Positions 10,604-18,473 of a stretch of 56,803 nt of DNA are shown here, in pieces. The stretch covers positions 1 to 56,803 of IMG/VR virus record IMGVR_UViG_3300030060_002906; one strand, written 5' to 3'. The DNA comes from a virus. Its lineage: Duplodnaviria; Caudoviricetes. The position numbers and the translations under genes were made by a program. The notes below the pieces were generated by a model. It was not told the DNA's origin, did no database searches, and saw only the letters and a program-made list of their open reading frames with translations. Every line of letters starts with the position of its first letter. Positions within the stretch are counted from its first letter, which is position 1.

Positions 10604-10777
10604 ATGAGTTATAAAATTAACATAACATTAGAATTTAAAACTAGACCTACTAAGTCAGAGGTAGAGAATAAATTGTTTGATTTGATTAGAGATGGTTTTG
10701 TATTGAAAACTAAGGAGGAACATGAAAGAGAAAAAAGACTTGTGGCAAAAAGGCGGAAGTCACTACCAGGATTTTAA
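10604..10777 (+). CDS. small hypothetical protein (57 aa, not in the ORF track)
   Basis: MSYKINITLEFKTRPTK...; coupled to a 22-aa hydrophobic ORF at 10539-10607. Confidence 0.45.
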   Translation: MSYKINITLEFKTRPTKSEVENKLFDLIRDGFVLKTKEEHEREKRLVAKRRKSLPGF

Positions 10778-10946
10778 TATACAGCCCTCACAGTTTATTA
10801 ATAAAAACAAATTATTATTTGCTGAGGGTAATGTTATTAAGTATGTATGTCGTCATCAAAGTAAAGGTAAGGCTGATGACATTAAAAAGGCAATACATTA
10901 TTGTGAAATGATTTTAGAGAGAGATTATGGTCAAAAACCAAGGTAG
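10722..10946 (+). CDS. DUF3310 (T7 gp1.7 nucleotide kinase-like) protein
   Basis: GGSHY...IQP...FAEGNVIKYVCRH..KG..DDIKKAIHY; RBS aaggagg. Confidence 0.8.
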   Translation: MKEKKDLWQKGGSHYQDFNIQPSQFINKNKLLFAEGNVIKYVCRHQSKGKADDIKKAIHYCEMILERDYGQKPR

Positions 10947-11030
10947 AATCATAAGGGAAACATTTTTACAGGCACTCAGCGGTCATTTAAACGGGTTTTT
11001 ATTTCAAACACAAGCTCACAGGGGGTTTCA

Positions 11031-12905
11031 TTGACTAGTTTACAGCTTACATTGAATTATAAGAAGAATATATGGTCTACACCAGTAGAATACAAAGATT
11101 TATCCGAAGCAAAAGAGATCGCAATAGATTTAGAAACAAAAGACGATGGTATCAATGAAGGGCTTGGTGCTGGCTGGGCATTAAACAAAGGTAAGATAGT
11201 AGGTTTTGCTGTAGCAGTTGAGGGTTGGCAAGGATATTATCCTATGGATCATTTTGGTGGTGGTAATTTAATAAAAGAACAGGTGCTGCAATATATGAAA
11301 GATGTTTGTGCGCTGCCTTGTCGTAAGATATTTCACAACGCACCCTACGATGTGGGATGGCTTCGAGCACATGGCATTGAGGTCAATGGGGAGATTGTCG
11401 ATACTATGGTTGCTGGAGCATTAGTAGATGAGAATAGATACTCTTACAGGTTAAATAGTCTAGCAAAAGATTACCTGGGAGAAATAAAAGCTGAAACAGA
11501 ATTAGTAGAAGCTGCTAAAAATCATGGAGTAGATCCGAAAGGTGAGATGTGGAAGTTACCAGCTGAACATGTTGGACATTATGCTGAGCAAGATGCACGA
11601 CTCACGTATCTTTTGTGGCAACGATTTAAGGTTGAGCTGCATCAACAAAATTTAGGAACTGTATGGGAGTTGGAAAGAGATTTACTACCTACACTTATAG
11701 ATATGCGATGGAAGGGTGTTCGTGTAGATGTGCAGCAAGCAGCAATGTTGAGACAAAACTTTATAAAAAAAGAAAAAGACTTATTGCACAAGATAAACAA
11801 AATGATTGGTAAAGACATAGACATTTGGGCAGCACGACAAATAGGGTGGGCTTATGACAAGTTAGGTGTAGAATACCCTAGAACAGAAAAATCAAAAGAG
11901 CCAAGCTTTACACAAAATTGGTTGTCAAACGATACACATGACTTTAGTAAACTAATTGTACAAGCTAGAGAGATAAATAAATTTCACAATACATTTTTAT
12001 CTAGTATAATGAAATACGAACACAAGGGTCGGATCTTTGGTGAGATTAATCAACTCAGGTCTGACAATGGTGGGACTGTTTCTGGCAGGTTATCTATGTC
12101 AAACCCTAACCTACAACAACTACCTGCTAGAAACAAAGATTTTGGTCCACTAATTAGGGGACTATTTTTACCAGAAGAAAAATGTGAATGGGGTAGTTTT
12201 GATTACTCCCAACAGGAGCCTAGACTGGTGGTTCATTATGCTAGTAGCATAGGTGAAGGTTATGAGGGCAGCCAAGAGTTAGTAGAAGCTTATGCAAATG
12301 CAGATGCTGACTTTCATCAAACAGTAGCTGACATATGTGGTATTGGTCGTAAAGCAGCAAAGACTATCGGACTTGGCTTGATGTATGGTATGGGTAAACA
12401 CAAACTATCTAATATGCTAGGTCTTGAATATGATGAAGCTATGGCATTGATAAATAAATATAACGATAAGGTGCCTTTTGTTAAGCAGCTCTCAGATCGT
12501 TGTATGCGTAAAGCAAATGAGTCTGGTTCTATACGAACTAAGAAGGGGCGCAAATGCAGATTTAATATGTGGGAGCCAAAAGACTTTGGTATACATACAC
12601 CTGACACATATGAAAATGCAGTAGCAAAATATGGTAGAAATAATATTAAACGATGTTATACCTATAAGGCACTAAATAGATTGATACAGGGTAGTGCAGC
12701 TGATCAAACTAAAGCAGCAATTGTTGCCTGTAAGGAAGAGTTAGACATACAACCTATGATACAAATACACGATGAACTATGTTTTAATCTTGAGGATAGA
12801 AGCCAGATAGATAAGATAAAAAAGACTATGGAACATTGTATGGAGCTAAATGTACCTAGTGTTGTAGATGTAGCAATAGGAAAAAATTTTGGCGAAGCGA
12901 TGTAA
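11031..12905 (+). CDS. polA: DNA polymerase family A (3'-5' exonuclease plus polymerase)
   Basis: ExoI DLET, FHNAPYD, YAEQDA; GRLSMSNPNLQQ; motif A DYSQQEPR, motif B RKAAKTIGLGLMYG, motif C IHDEL; TTG start. Confidence 0.96.
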   Translation: MTSLQLTLNYKKNIWSTPVEYKDLSEAKEIAIDLETKDDGINEGLGAGWALNKGKIVGFAVAVEGWQGYYPMDHFGGGNLIKEQVLQYMKDVCALPCRKIFHNAPYDVGWLRAHGIEVNGEIVDTMVAGALVDENRYSYRLNSLAKDYLGEIKAETELVEAAKNHGVDPKGEMWKLPAEHVGHYAEQDARLTYLLWQRFKVELHQQNLGTVWELERDLLPTLIDMRWKGVRVDVQQAAMLRQNFIKKEKDLLHKINKMIGKDIDIWAARQIGWAYDKLGVEYPRTEKSKEPSFTQNWLSNDTHDFSKLIVQAREINKFHNTFLSSIMKYEHKGRIFGEINQLRSDNGGTVSGRLSMSNPNLQQLPARNKDFGPLIRGLFLPEEKCEWGSFDYSQQEPRLVVHYASSIGEGYEGSQELVEAYANADADFHQTVADICGIGRKAAKTIGLGLMYGMGKHKLSNMLGLEYDEAMALINKYNDKVPFVKQLSDRCMRKANESGSIRTKKGRKCRFNMWEPKDFGIHTPDTYENAVAKYGRNNIKRCYTYKALNRLIQGSAADQTKAAIVACKEELDIQPMIQIHDELCFNLEDRSQIDKIKKTMEHCMELNVPSVVDVAIGKNFGEAM

Positions 12906-12910
12906 GGGTA

Positions 12911-12939
12911 TTGACATATCCGATAAAATAACATATATA
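12911..12939 (+). promoter_or_regulatory. promoter with TATCCGATA operator in the spacer
   Basis: TTGACA immediately followed by TATCCGATA (12917-12925); TATATA 17 bp after the -35. Confidence 0.7.
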
Positions 12940-12945
12940 TAGTAT

Positions 12946-13067
12946 ATGAGTTACGTTTGGGCTTTTTTCAATTTTTAGGCCCCTCCTTGCGTAATTCATT
13001 ATTTGTTTGGAAAAAGGTGGGTAGGTATATAAATTCTCAGAAGACTACGTTTGGTATCTACCCATTT
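12946..13067 (+). ncRNA. structured leader or small RNA, two long hairpins
   Basis: Stems 12946-55/12990-99 and 13015-28/13054-67 that pair fully only with G-U wobbles on the + strand. Confidence 0.5.
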
Positions 13068-13095
13068 AATTTATTAACATAACGGAGCACGAAAC

Positions 13096-13359
13096 ATGAA
13101 ACAGAAAAGAAAAATAAGATCCTTTAAAAACTCAGACTGGTTGATGATTACACCACAACATATAAAGTTACACATAATGAAGTTAACCACTTCTTACTGG
13201 TATAATCCTAAAAACAAGATTACAATCAGAATACCATTAGAAGATACTTGGCATGTTATGATTGGTAGAAAAGGTTATAAAGAAGCAGATGAGCTAATGA
13301 TGACTAAAAAGTCTAGACAACAATATAAGTGTCTTTTAAAAGTATTGAAGGTTGCGTAA
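13096..13359 (+). CDS. hypothetical protein
   Basis: RBS AACGGAG at 13081. Confidence 0.6.
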   Translation: MKQKRKIRSFKNSDWLMITPQHIKLHIMKLTTSYWYNPKNKITIRIPLEDTWHVMIGRKGYKEADELMMTKKSRQQYKCLLKVLKVA

Positions 13360-13607
13360 TGAGTAATGTTGTTAATATAAATAGACTTAGAGTAAATGCT
13401 ATATTGAAGGAGATAAAGAAACAAGAAGATTTTATTGCAAAAGCACATCGAAGTCCCTTAATTAGTTTAGCTGAATTAGCTATCCATATGTCTGAACTAA
13501 GAATAAAGGCGTACAAACAAGAAATACAAAAAATAAACGAAGCCGCATTTGGTAAAGAGTTTATGCAATCAAAAGATAAAGGAAGGTTAAAGGAATATCA
13601 TGAGTAA
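13359..13607 (+). CDS. hypothetical protein
   Basis: ATG overlaps the upstream TAA (MSNVVNIN...). Confidence 0.6.
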   Translation: MSNVVNINRLRVNAILKEIKKQEDFIAKAHRSPLISLAELAIHMSELRIKAYKQEIQKINEAAFGKEFMQSKDKGRLKEYHE

Positions 13608-13842
13608 ATTATTTGATTACTGCACAGAGCAGGCAGAAAAAAAAGTAGAAGAAATAATGTTAGAGTATAAAAAAAAGAACATCACAAAAAATCAGGCTAT
13701 GCGACAAATGTTAAAAGATGAAAACATTAGAATCTGTTTGTTGGAAGGTATGCCAGTAGAACAAAAACAAGCCGTAAAAGATTATTTTGAAGAGGCTGAT
13801 AAAGAATTAACGTTAGTACATGGAAACAATACGAAACATTAA
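13600..13842 (+). CDS. hypothetical protein
   Basis: Coupled ORF with RBS aagga. Confidence 0.6.
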   Translation: MSKLFDYCTEQAEKKVEEIMLEYKKKNITKNQAMRQMLKDENIRICLLEGMPVEQKQAVKDYFEEADKELTLVHGNNTKH

Positions 13843-14011
13843 ACAGTTTTACAAACAGATACAAACTATTTTAGATCAAGATAAAGATGACGAGAATCTA
13901 AAAAAAGAGTTGACTGAAATAAGATGCTATAATCATGAAGGTGATTCCAGGTGGATGATAGATGATAGACTAGCATCTTTTTTAGTATATTTAAAAAAAC
14001 CAAAATTATGA
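13820..14011 (+). CDS. hypothetical protein
   Basis: Short ORF overlapping both neighbours in an operon. Confidence 0.5.
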   Translation: METIRNIKQFYKQIQTILDQDKDDENLKKELTEIRCYNHEGDSRWMIDDRLASFLVYLKKPKL

Positions 14012-14880
14012 CAAAAGAAAAAAATTTAATACCAAGACCTGACAGGGTATGTGCATATGATTTAGAAAGACCTGGGCTGCTCAGTTTTTCTGGGGGTAGA
14101 ACATCAGGCTTTATGCTAAGAGAAGTTTTGAACTATTATAACGACAAACTGCCAGATGATATTTATGTCGTGTTTGCAAATACTGGTAAAGAAATGAATG
14201 AAACATTAGACTTTGTTCGTGATTGTTCTGTTAACTGGAATGTTAAGATTCATTGGATCGAGTGGGATGAAGATAAAAAATTTGTAGAACTAAACCATAA
14301 CTCCGCATCACGAAACGGGGAGCCGTATGATAAGTTAATTACTAAAAGAAGATTCTTACCAAATCCAGTAACAAGATATTGTACATCAGAATTAAAGATC
14401 AGACCTATGAAAGAATTTATGCAGTCCAGAGGACACGATTACTGGTGGAACTATGTTGGTTTACGTTATGATGAACCACATAGGGTAGCTCGATTAGCTA
14501 GAGCAAAAGATAAAGAGAGATGGAACTCCGAAGCTCCTCTGCATATAGAAAAGAAAACAGTAAAAGATGTTGCAGAGTTTTGGAAGAATAATGATTTTGA
14601 TTTACGATTACCAGGTATAAATGGTAAGACACCACTTGGTAATTGTGATCTATGCTTTTTAAAAGGTAAGAATACTATAATGAATATTATGAAGAACTAT
14701 CCAGAAAAAGCACAATGGTGGATGGATCAGGAGAAGAAGCAGCTGGGAGATAAATCTAAAGATGGGTTTTTGTTTAGGCACGATAGACCTGATTATAAAA
14801 CCCTATTACAGATTAGCCAGTCACAATTAGATTTGTTTGACTTTGATAAGTCAGATGATGTTTGTTTTTGTCACGATTAA
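14008..14880 (+). CDS. PAPS-reductase/adenine nucleotide alpha-hydrolase (PP-loop) family enzyme with Cys cluster
   Basis: SFSGGRTS PP-loop, FANTGKE, CTSELKIRP, VGLRYDE, GNCDLCFLK, C-terminal CFC. Confidence 0.85.
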   Translation: MTKEKNLIPRPDRVCAYDLERPGLLSFSGGRTSGFMLREVLNYYNDKLPDDIYVVFANTGKEMNETLDFVRDCSVNWNVKIHWIEWDEDKKFVELNHNSASRNGEPYDKLITKRRFLPNPVTRYCTSELKIRPMKEFMQSRGHDYWWNYVGLRYDEPHRVARLARAKDKERWNSEAPLHIEKKTVKDVAEFWKNNDFDLRLPGINGKTPLGNCDLCFLKGKNTIMNIMKNYPEKAQWWMDQEKKQLGDKSKDGFLFRHDRPDYKTLLQISQSQLDLFDFDKSDDVCFCHD

Positions 14881-14894
14881 CTATAGGAGGTATT

Positions 14895-15119
14895 ATGGAC
14901 AAAAAAAAATGGAAGAGTATAACTTTAAACATAAATGATTATCACGCAGTACGTGGTGTATCATACCTGCAACAAAGAAAGTTTACTGGCACCATTACTA
15001 TGCTTATCAACGATTACATTGAAAGTGTAGCAAAGCAAAAAAAAATAGGGGTTACTAAATTTAAAGAACAAATGATTCAGAAGTCAAAAGAAGAGGAACA
15101 CGAATCGAGGTCTTTATAA
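14895..15119 (+). CDS. ribbon-helix-helix-like transcriptional regulator (putative)
   Basis: RBS aggagg then MDKKKWKSITLN (beta strand) followed by two amphipathic helices. Confidence 0.55.
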   Translation: MDKKKWKSITLNINDYHAVRGVSYLQQRKFTGTITMLINDYIESVAKQKKIGVTKFKEQMIQKSKEEEHESRSL

Positions 15120-15157
15120 ATTGTTGAAAAATAATTTTGATTTGTTAAATTATATTT

Positions 15158-15406
15158 ATGAGTAATTTTAAAACTAGAGATGATTTCATAAAGGCTTTGG
15201 AACTGCTAAAACAAAATTTAAATAATGAAGACTATTCTTACGTAACAGGTATTATGCGTTCTTTAAAATATTGTAGTTACAAAGGTTATGATGCTGGGTA
15301 TGACCCTTTATTTGACTCTGATATTTTTAGAATTAAACATAAAAAACGAGAAAACAATTTATATGCAATACATAAAAATATTAAACTATGTACGAAACCG
15401 ATCTAA
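15158..15406 (+). CDS. hypothetical protein, probably leaderless
   Basis: TTGAAA-16-(TG)TAAATT promoter ends 6 nt before the ATG; no SD. Confidence 0.55.
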   Translation: MSNFKTRDDFIKALELLKQNLNNEDYSYVTGIMRSLKYCSYKGYDAGYDPLFDSDIFRIKHKKRENNLYAIHKNIKLCTKPI

Positions 15407-15426
15407 AATAAACTGGGTGATGAAGT

Positions 15427-15918
15427 ATGGTCGCCAAGATACAGTTCCAGCCTCCCTCAACTGAGTTTTTATTAAAACTAGGATACAGATTTTCAAGAAA
15501 TTTATTGACACACACAGACTGCTATGCAGAAAATTATATGTGGAGAGCTGTTGTTGTAAGTGCCCTGGAAGACACTATGATTGACAGAACAGATAGAAAA
15601 TCAGCAACTTTAAAAGTTAAAGCTCATAATTGGATTTTAAGTGAATGTTCTGATTTTGATAGAGTATGTAATTGGGCTATGTTAGATCCTGAATCTGTAT
15701 GCGAAGCTTATACTGGCGCTATAAAACAAAAAAAAATAACTTTTAAAAATAAACATATACAATGGCACAGATATAATACTTTGTTTAAAAAACTACAAAT
15801 GACTTACGATAGTGCAAAAAAAAAGAATATTAAAAAAGAGATGAAGCAAATTAGAAAAGACGCTGTTTTGGGAGCTTGTGTTTTGGTTACAAGTATTTTT
15901 TTAAGTGTGATAACTTAG
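15427..15918 (+). CDS. conserved phage hypothetical protein (possible regulator)
   Basis: MWRAVVVSALED...AHNWI...DFDRVCNWAMLDP pattern recalled from phage proteins near terS. Confidence 0.6.
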   Translation: MVAKIQFQPPSTEFLLKLGYRFSRNLLTHTDCYAENYMWRAVVVSALEDTMIDRTDRKSATLKVKAHNWILSECSDFDRVCNWAMLDPESVCEAYTGAIKQKKITFKNKHIQWHRYNTLFKKLQMTYDSAKKKNIKKEMKQIRKDAVLGACVLVTSIFLSVIT

Positions 15919-15992
15919 GGTAAGCTGAATGGACCCGACTTACCCTAAGACTTTAAACGGAGACGAGATTATAAAAATAATCTTAATCTCAA
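15914..15992 (-). ncRNA. candidate small RNA, hairpin-CUCCGUUUAA-hairpin
   Basis: Leftward promoter TTGACT(16025)-17-TAATTT; hairpins 15965-15990 and 15914-15949 (perfect 11-bp stem). Confidence 0.45.
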
Positions 15993-16029
15993 AGTAAAAT
16001 TATGATATTTACAGGATGAAGTCAATGTT

Positions 16030-16230
16030 TATTATATATGTCTATATACAAACTTTTTTTAAAAAAAGTTGTAAAAAGTGTAAAAGTTTTGGGAAAACAT
16101 GCAAAACATAGACTCACCTTGTATTACAGAGAAAAAGTTTTGGGAAAAAAACAGGAATTTTGCATCTTTTTTAGGAAAACAATGGAGGCGACTATGCAAT
16201 TTTTTTATAAAAAAATTTAACCTATAGAGA
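16030..16230. repeat. AT-rich non-coding region with iteron-like repeats (candidate origin)
   Basis: AAAAGTTTTGGGAAAA at 16082-16097 and 16133-16148, variant TTTTAGGAAAA near 16170, many A/T tracts. Confidence 0.45.
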
Positions 16231-16237
16231 TATATAC

Positions 16238-16750
16238 ATGCCACAGAGAAAAAAAATAGTTAGAACACAAAAAGATTTAACAACTAAACAAAAAAACTAC
16301 ATAGATATTTTAGTGAATGATTGGGGTAATATCACAAAGGTAGATGCTTTATTAAAAGCTGGATACAAAAGTAAAAATAAAGATGCTGCTATGGTATTAG
16401 CCAGTAAGCTCACCAACCCAAATTTGAATCCACACGTGTGTAGATACTTAGAGTATAAATTAAGTAAAGAACAAGAGAAATATGAAAAAGACAAATTAAG
16501 AAGATATAAAACTTTTGAAAGATTACGTGATGGAGCTGAACAAAAAGGACAGTACACAGGAGCTATTGCTGCAGAGTTTAGGTCAGGACAGCTTGCAGGA
16601 CAATTTGTGGATAAAAAAGAGGTGACTCATAGTACATTAGAGGGTATGAGTAGGGTAGAATTAGAAAAAAGATTGAAAGAATTAGAGAATAAAATCAATG
16701 ATGGAGCTACGATAATAGATGTCACGCCCTCTAAAAAAAAGACTAACTGA
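16238..16750 (+). CDS. terS: terminase small subunit
   Basis: LTTKQKNY...ALLKAGY...ASKL HTH pattern; GAIAAE...G.FVDKKE; IIDVTP tail. Confidence 0.75.
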   Translation: MPQRKKIVRTQKDLTTKQKNYIDILVNDWGNITKVDALLKAGYKSKNKDAAMVLASKLTNPNLNPHVCRYLEYKLSKEQEKYEKDKLRRYKTFERLRDGAEQKGQYTGAIAAEFRSGQLAGQFVDKKEVTHSTLEGMSRVELEKRLKELENKINDGATIIDVTPSKKKTN

Positions 16751-17144
16751 AAAAAAAATTTGGAATAAACTTAACCTGCTTCAGAAAGAGTTACCAGGTG
16801 CTCATTTTACTAAGATTGAAAGTTCTACTATCAACGGAATCCCTGATGTTCATTGCTGTTATCAATCTTGTAGTTTTTGGTTAGAATTGAAAGCAAATCA
16901 AGGTAAGAATTTGAATGTTTCTAAATATCAAATAGCATGGCATTTAAAATACAAAGGAGCTGGTGGACTTTCTTACATCTTGAACTGGCCCCTCATCCAT
17001 GTACCACCAAAACTGTACGAGATTCGTGAGCCCGGAGTTCCCGTTCCCGCAATCGGGATGCCCGTTCCCGTTATCATTATAAATAAAATGCTCTCAGGTG
17101 ATCCTGGCGTTTCCCGCCAGGCGGCCAGCTCCGCGCAGCCCTAG
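16719..17144 (+). CDS. PD-(D/E)XK endonuclease / Holliday junction resolvase (VRR-NUC-like)
   Basis: KIE...GIPDV...FWLELK...QIAWH...GG; C-terminus runs into the repeat element. Confidence 0.75.
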   Translation: MSRPLKKRLTEKKIWNKLNLLQKELPGAHFTKIESSTINGIPDVHCCYQSCSFWLELKANQGKNLNVSKYQIAWHLKYKGAGGLSYILNWPLIHVPPKLYEIREPGVPVPAIGMPVPVIIINKMLSGDPGVSRQAASSAQP

Positions 17145-17150
17145 CGGAAA
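17031..17150 (+). repeat. GC-rich CCCGTT element 1
   Basis: CCCGTTCCCG at 17040 and 17061, then GGTGATCCTGG...GCGCAGCC...GCGGAAA. Confidence 0.85.
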
Positions 17151-17159
17151 ACTACTGGC

Positions 17160-17206
17160 TTGACATCCTGAAACCCTGTGCTATATTATCCGATATTAAA
17201 CGGAGG
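17160..17206 (+). promoter_or_regulatory. early promoter, operator and RBS
   Basis: TTGACA-16-(TG)TATATT, TATCCGATA 17187-17195, AAACGGAGG 17198-17206. Confidence 0.75.
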
Positions 17207-17211
17207 TAAAA

Positions 17212-17496
17212 ATGAAAATAACTTTAAACAAAAAAAATTTTATCGAGCAGGTGAGACAGCATTACCGCTGGAAGCAGTTCAGCTACGAGGCGTGGGAGCA
17301 AATTTTCGAATGGGAAGATGAGATGGGCTCCGATGTCGAATATGATCCAGTAGCGTTTTGTTGCACATATGCCGAGTACGACTCATTTGAAAAGCTAAAA
17401 GAAGACTATAGCAATATAAATACTTTTGATGATCTAGAGGGCAAGACCTGGGTGGCTAATTTGCCTGAGGGGCGTGTGCTCATTAGGCAGTTTTAA
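17212..17496 (+). CDS. early hypothetical protein (acidic)
   Basis: Strong RBS; FSYEA...YDPVAFCCTYAEY. Confidence 0.75.
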   Translation: MKITLNKKNFIEQVRQHYRWKQFSYEAWEQIFEWEDEMGSDVEYDPVAFCCTYAEYDSFEKLKEDYSNINTFDDLEGKTWVANLPEGRVLIRQF

Positions 17497-17603
17497 TGTT
17501 TGGGTTTTTTTTAATCATGTTTTTTTTGATTATGATCATGCCTAGAGTTTTAGCAGCTGCTTTAATTATTTTAATGTTTGCGATCGTGGCTCTAATTTTT
17601 TAG
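17496..17603 (+). CDS. 35-aa hydrophobic peptide
   Basis: MFGFFLIMFFLIMIMPRVLAAALIILMFAIVALIF; TAATG coupling to the upstream gene. Confidence 0.55.
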   Translation: MFGFFLIMFFLIMIMPRVLAAALIILMFAIVALIF

Positions 17604-17605
17604 AG

Positions 17606-17692
17606 CCCGTTGCCCGTTCCCGTTACGTGTAAGATCCGGACGGGTGCGTGGTGACCTGGGCCGCATCCCCGCAGGCGCAGCCGTGCTGGAAA
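17606..17692 (+). repeat. GC-rich CCCGTT element 2
   Basis: CCCGTTGCCCGTTCCCGTTACGTG...GGTGACCTGG...GCGCAGCCGTGCTGGAAA. Confidence 0.85.
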
Positions 17693-17714
17693 CATGAAGG
17701 TGTGTTAAAAAGGT

Positions 17715-17742
17715 TTGACTTATCCGATAAATATAGTATTAT
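17715..17742 (+). promoter_or_regulatory. early promoter with operator
   Basis: TTGACT, TATCCGATA (17721-17729), TATTAT at a 16-bp spacer. Confidence 0.75.
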
Positions 17743-17838
17743 TAATTATGAGAGAGTAACTATGAAAACAAATGTAGCTTTAAAACGTAGTGGACTGTTA
17801 CTCTGGTAACTCTCTCTCACAAACTAACGGAGAAAAAA

Positions 17839-18042
17839 ATGGACGATTTAACAAAACTTATGCTAATGGACCCCTTGTTTATTCAAGCAATGAAAGACCT
17901 GGAGGACAGAGGCTACATTAAAGTAAAAGGAGAAGAAGGCATCGAGATCATTGACAAAGAAGGACTGCAAAAGTATTACGACAACTTTGGAGTAGCTCCT
18001 GACCATTTCCCAAAGGTAAAAGGAGAGGAGTTAAAGAAGTGA
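17839..18042 (+). CDS. early hypothetical protein (possible winged-helix fragment)
   Basis: RBS AACGGAG; QAMKDLEDRGYIKVKG...IEIID. Confidence 0.65.
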   Translation: MDDLTKLMLMDPLFIQAMKDLEDRGYIKVKGEEGIEIIDKEGLQKYYDNFGVAPDHFPKVKGEELKK

Positions 18043-18191
18043 ATATCATTACAAAAAGTGTTGATGAAATACAGAATATTTATCTAAGAGTAATAGAAGA
18101 AATTGAAGATAAAAAAGAAAGAGAAATAATACATTATTTATTTCAAGATTTATCAGACAAGTTACTTGACAATGTAAAAGAAGATTCTTAG
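18039..18191 (+). CDS. 50-aa hypothetical protein (not in the ORF track)
   Basis: GTG overlapping the upstream TGA, RBS gaggag; ends in TAG just before the repeat. Confidence 0.55.
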   Translation: MNIITKSVDEIQNIYLRVIEEIEDKKEREIIHYLFQDLSDKLLDNVKEDS

Positions 18192-18193
18192 AT

Positions 18194-18440
18194 CCCGTTC
18201 CCGTTACCATTAGGTAACGGGAATTTTTTTTTGCAGGGAAGCTTTGCAGCCCCGCGGGGCCTGGGAGCTGGAAATGAAAGTTCCCGTTCCCGTTCACCAA
18301 GGATTTCCTAGTATTTTTTTTTCAGGATGGCTATTTCCGGCCAGGCGCCGGTGCTGGAAAATCCCGTTCCCGTTTTCGCAAGACTAAGGTAGGTCTGCGT
18401 TTGAGGTTTCCAGCTCGCTGCGCCAGATCCGCGACATGCC
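18194..18440 (+). repeat. three tandem CCCGTT elements (units of about 80-89 bp)
   Basis: CCCGTTCCCGTT at 18194, 18283 and 18363; GCTGGAAA at 18267 and 18353; inverted TTTCCAGC at 18407. Confidence 0.9.
18198..18232 (+). terminator. intrinsic terminator built from a repeat copy
   Basis: TTCCCGTTACC-atta-GGTAACGGGAA followed by a T run. Confidence 0.75.
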
Positions 18441-18473
18441 AAAAAAATTTTTGAAAGCAGGTTGATAAATGTC

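Noticed and set aside
10927-11034. 35-codon ORF overlapping the polA start
   Set aside because: Plausible through coupling but with no clear RBS or motif; left uncalled
14008-14880. cysH auxiliary metabolic gene for sulfate assimilation
   Set aside because: No CysH C-terminal ECGLH motif and no pathway partners, so the gene symbol is withheld
16038-16244. ORFs 16038..16220 (+) and 16059..16244 (-)
   Set aside because: Low-complexity translations of A/T tracts and repeats with no RBS
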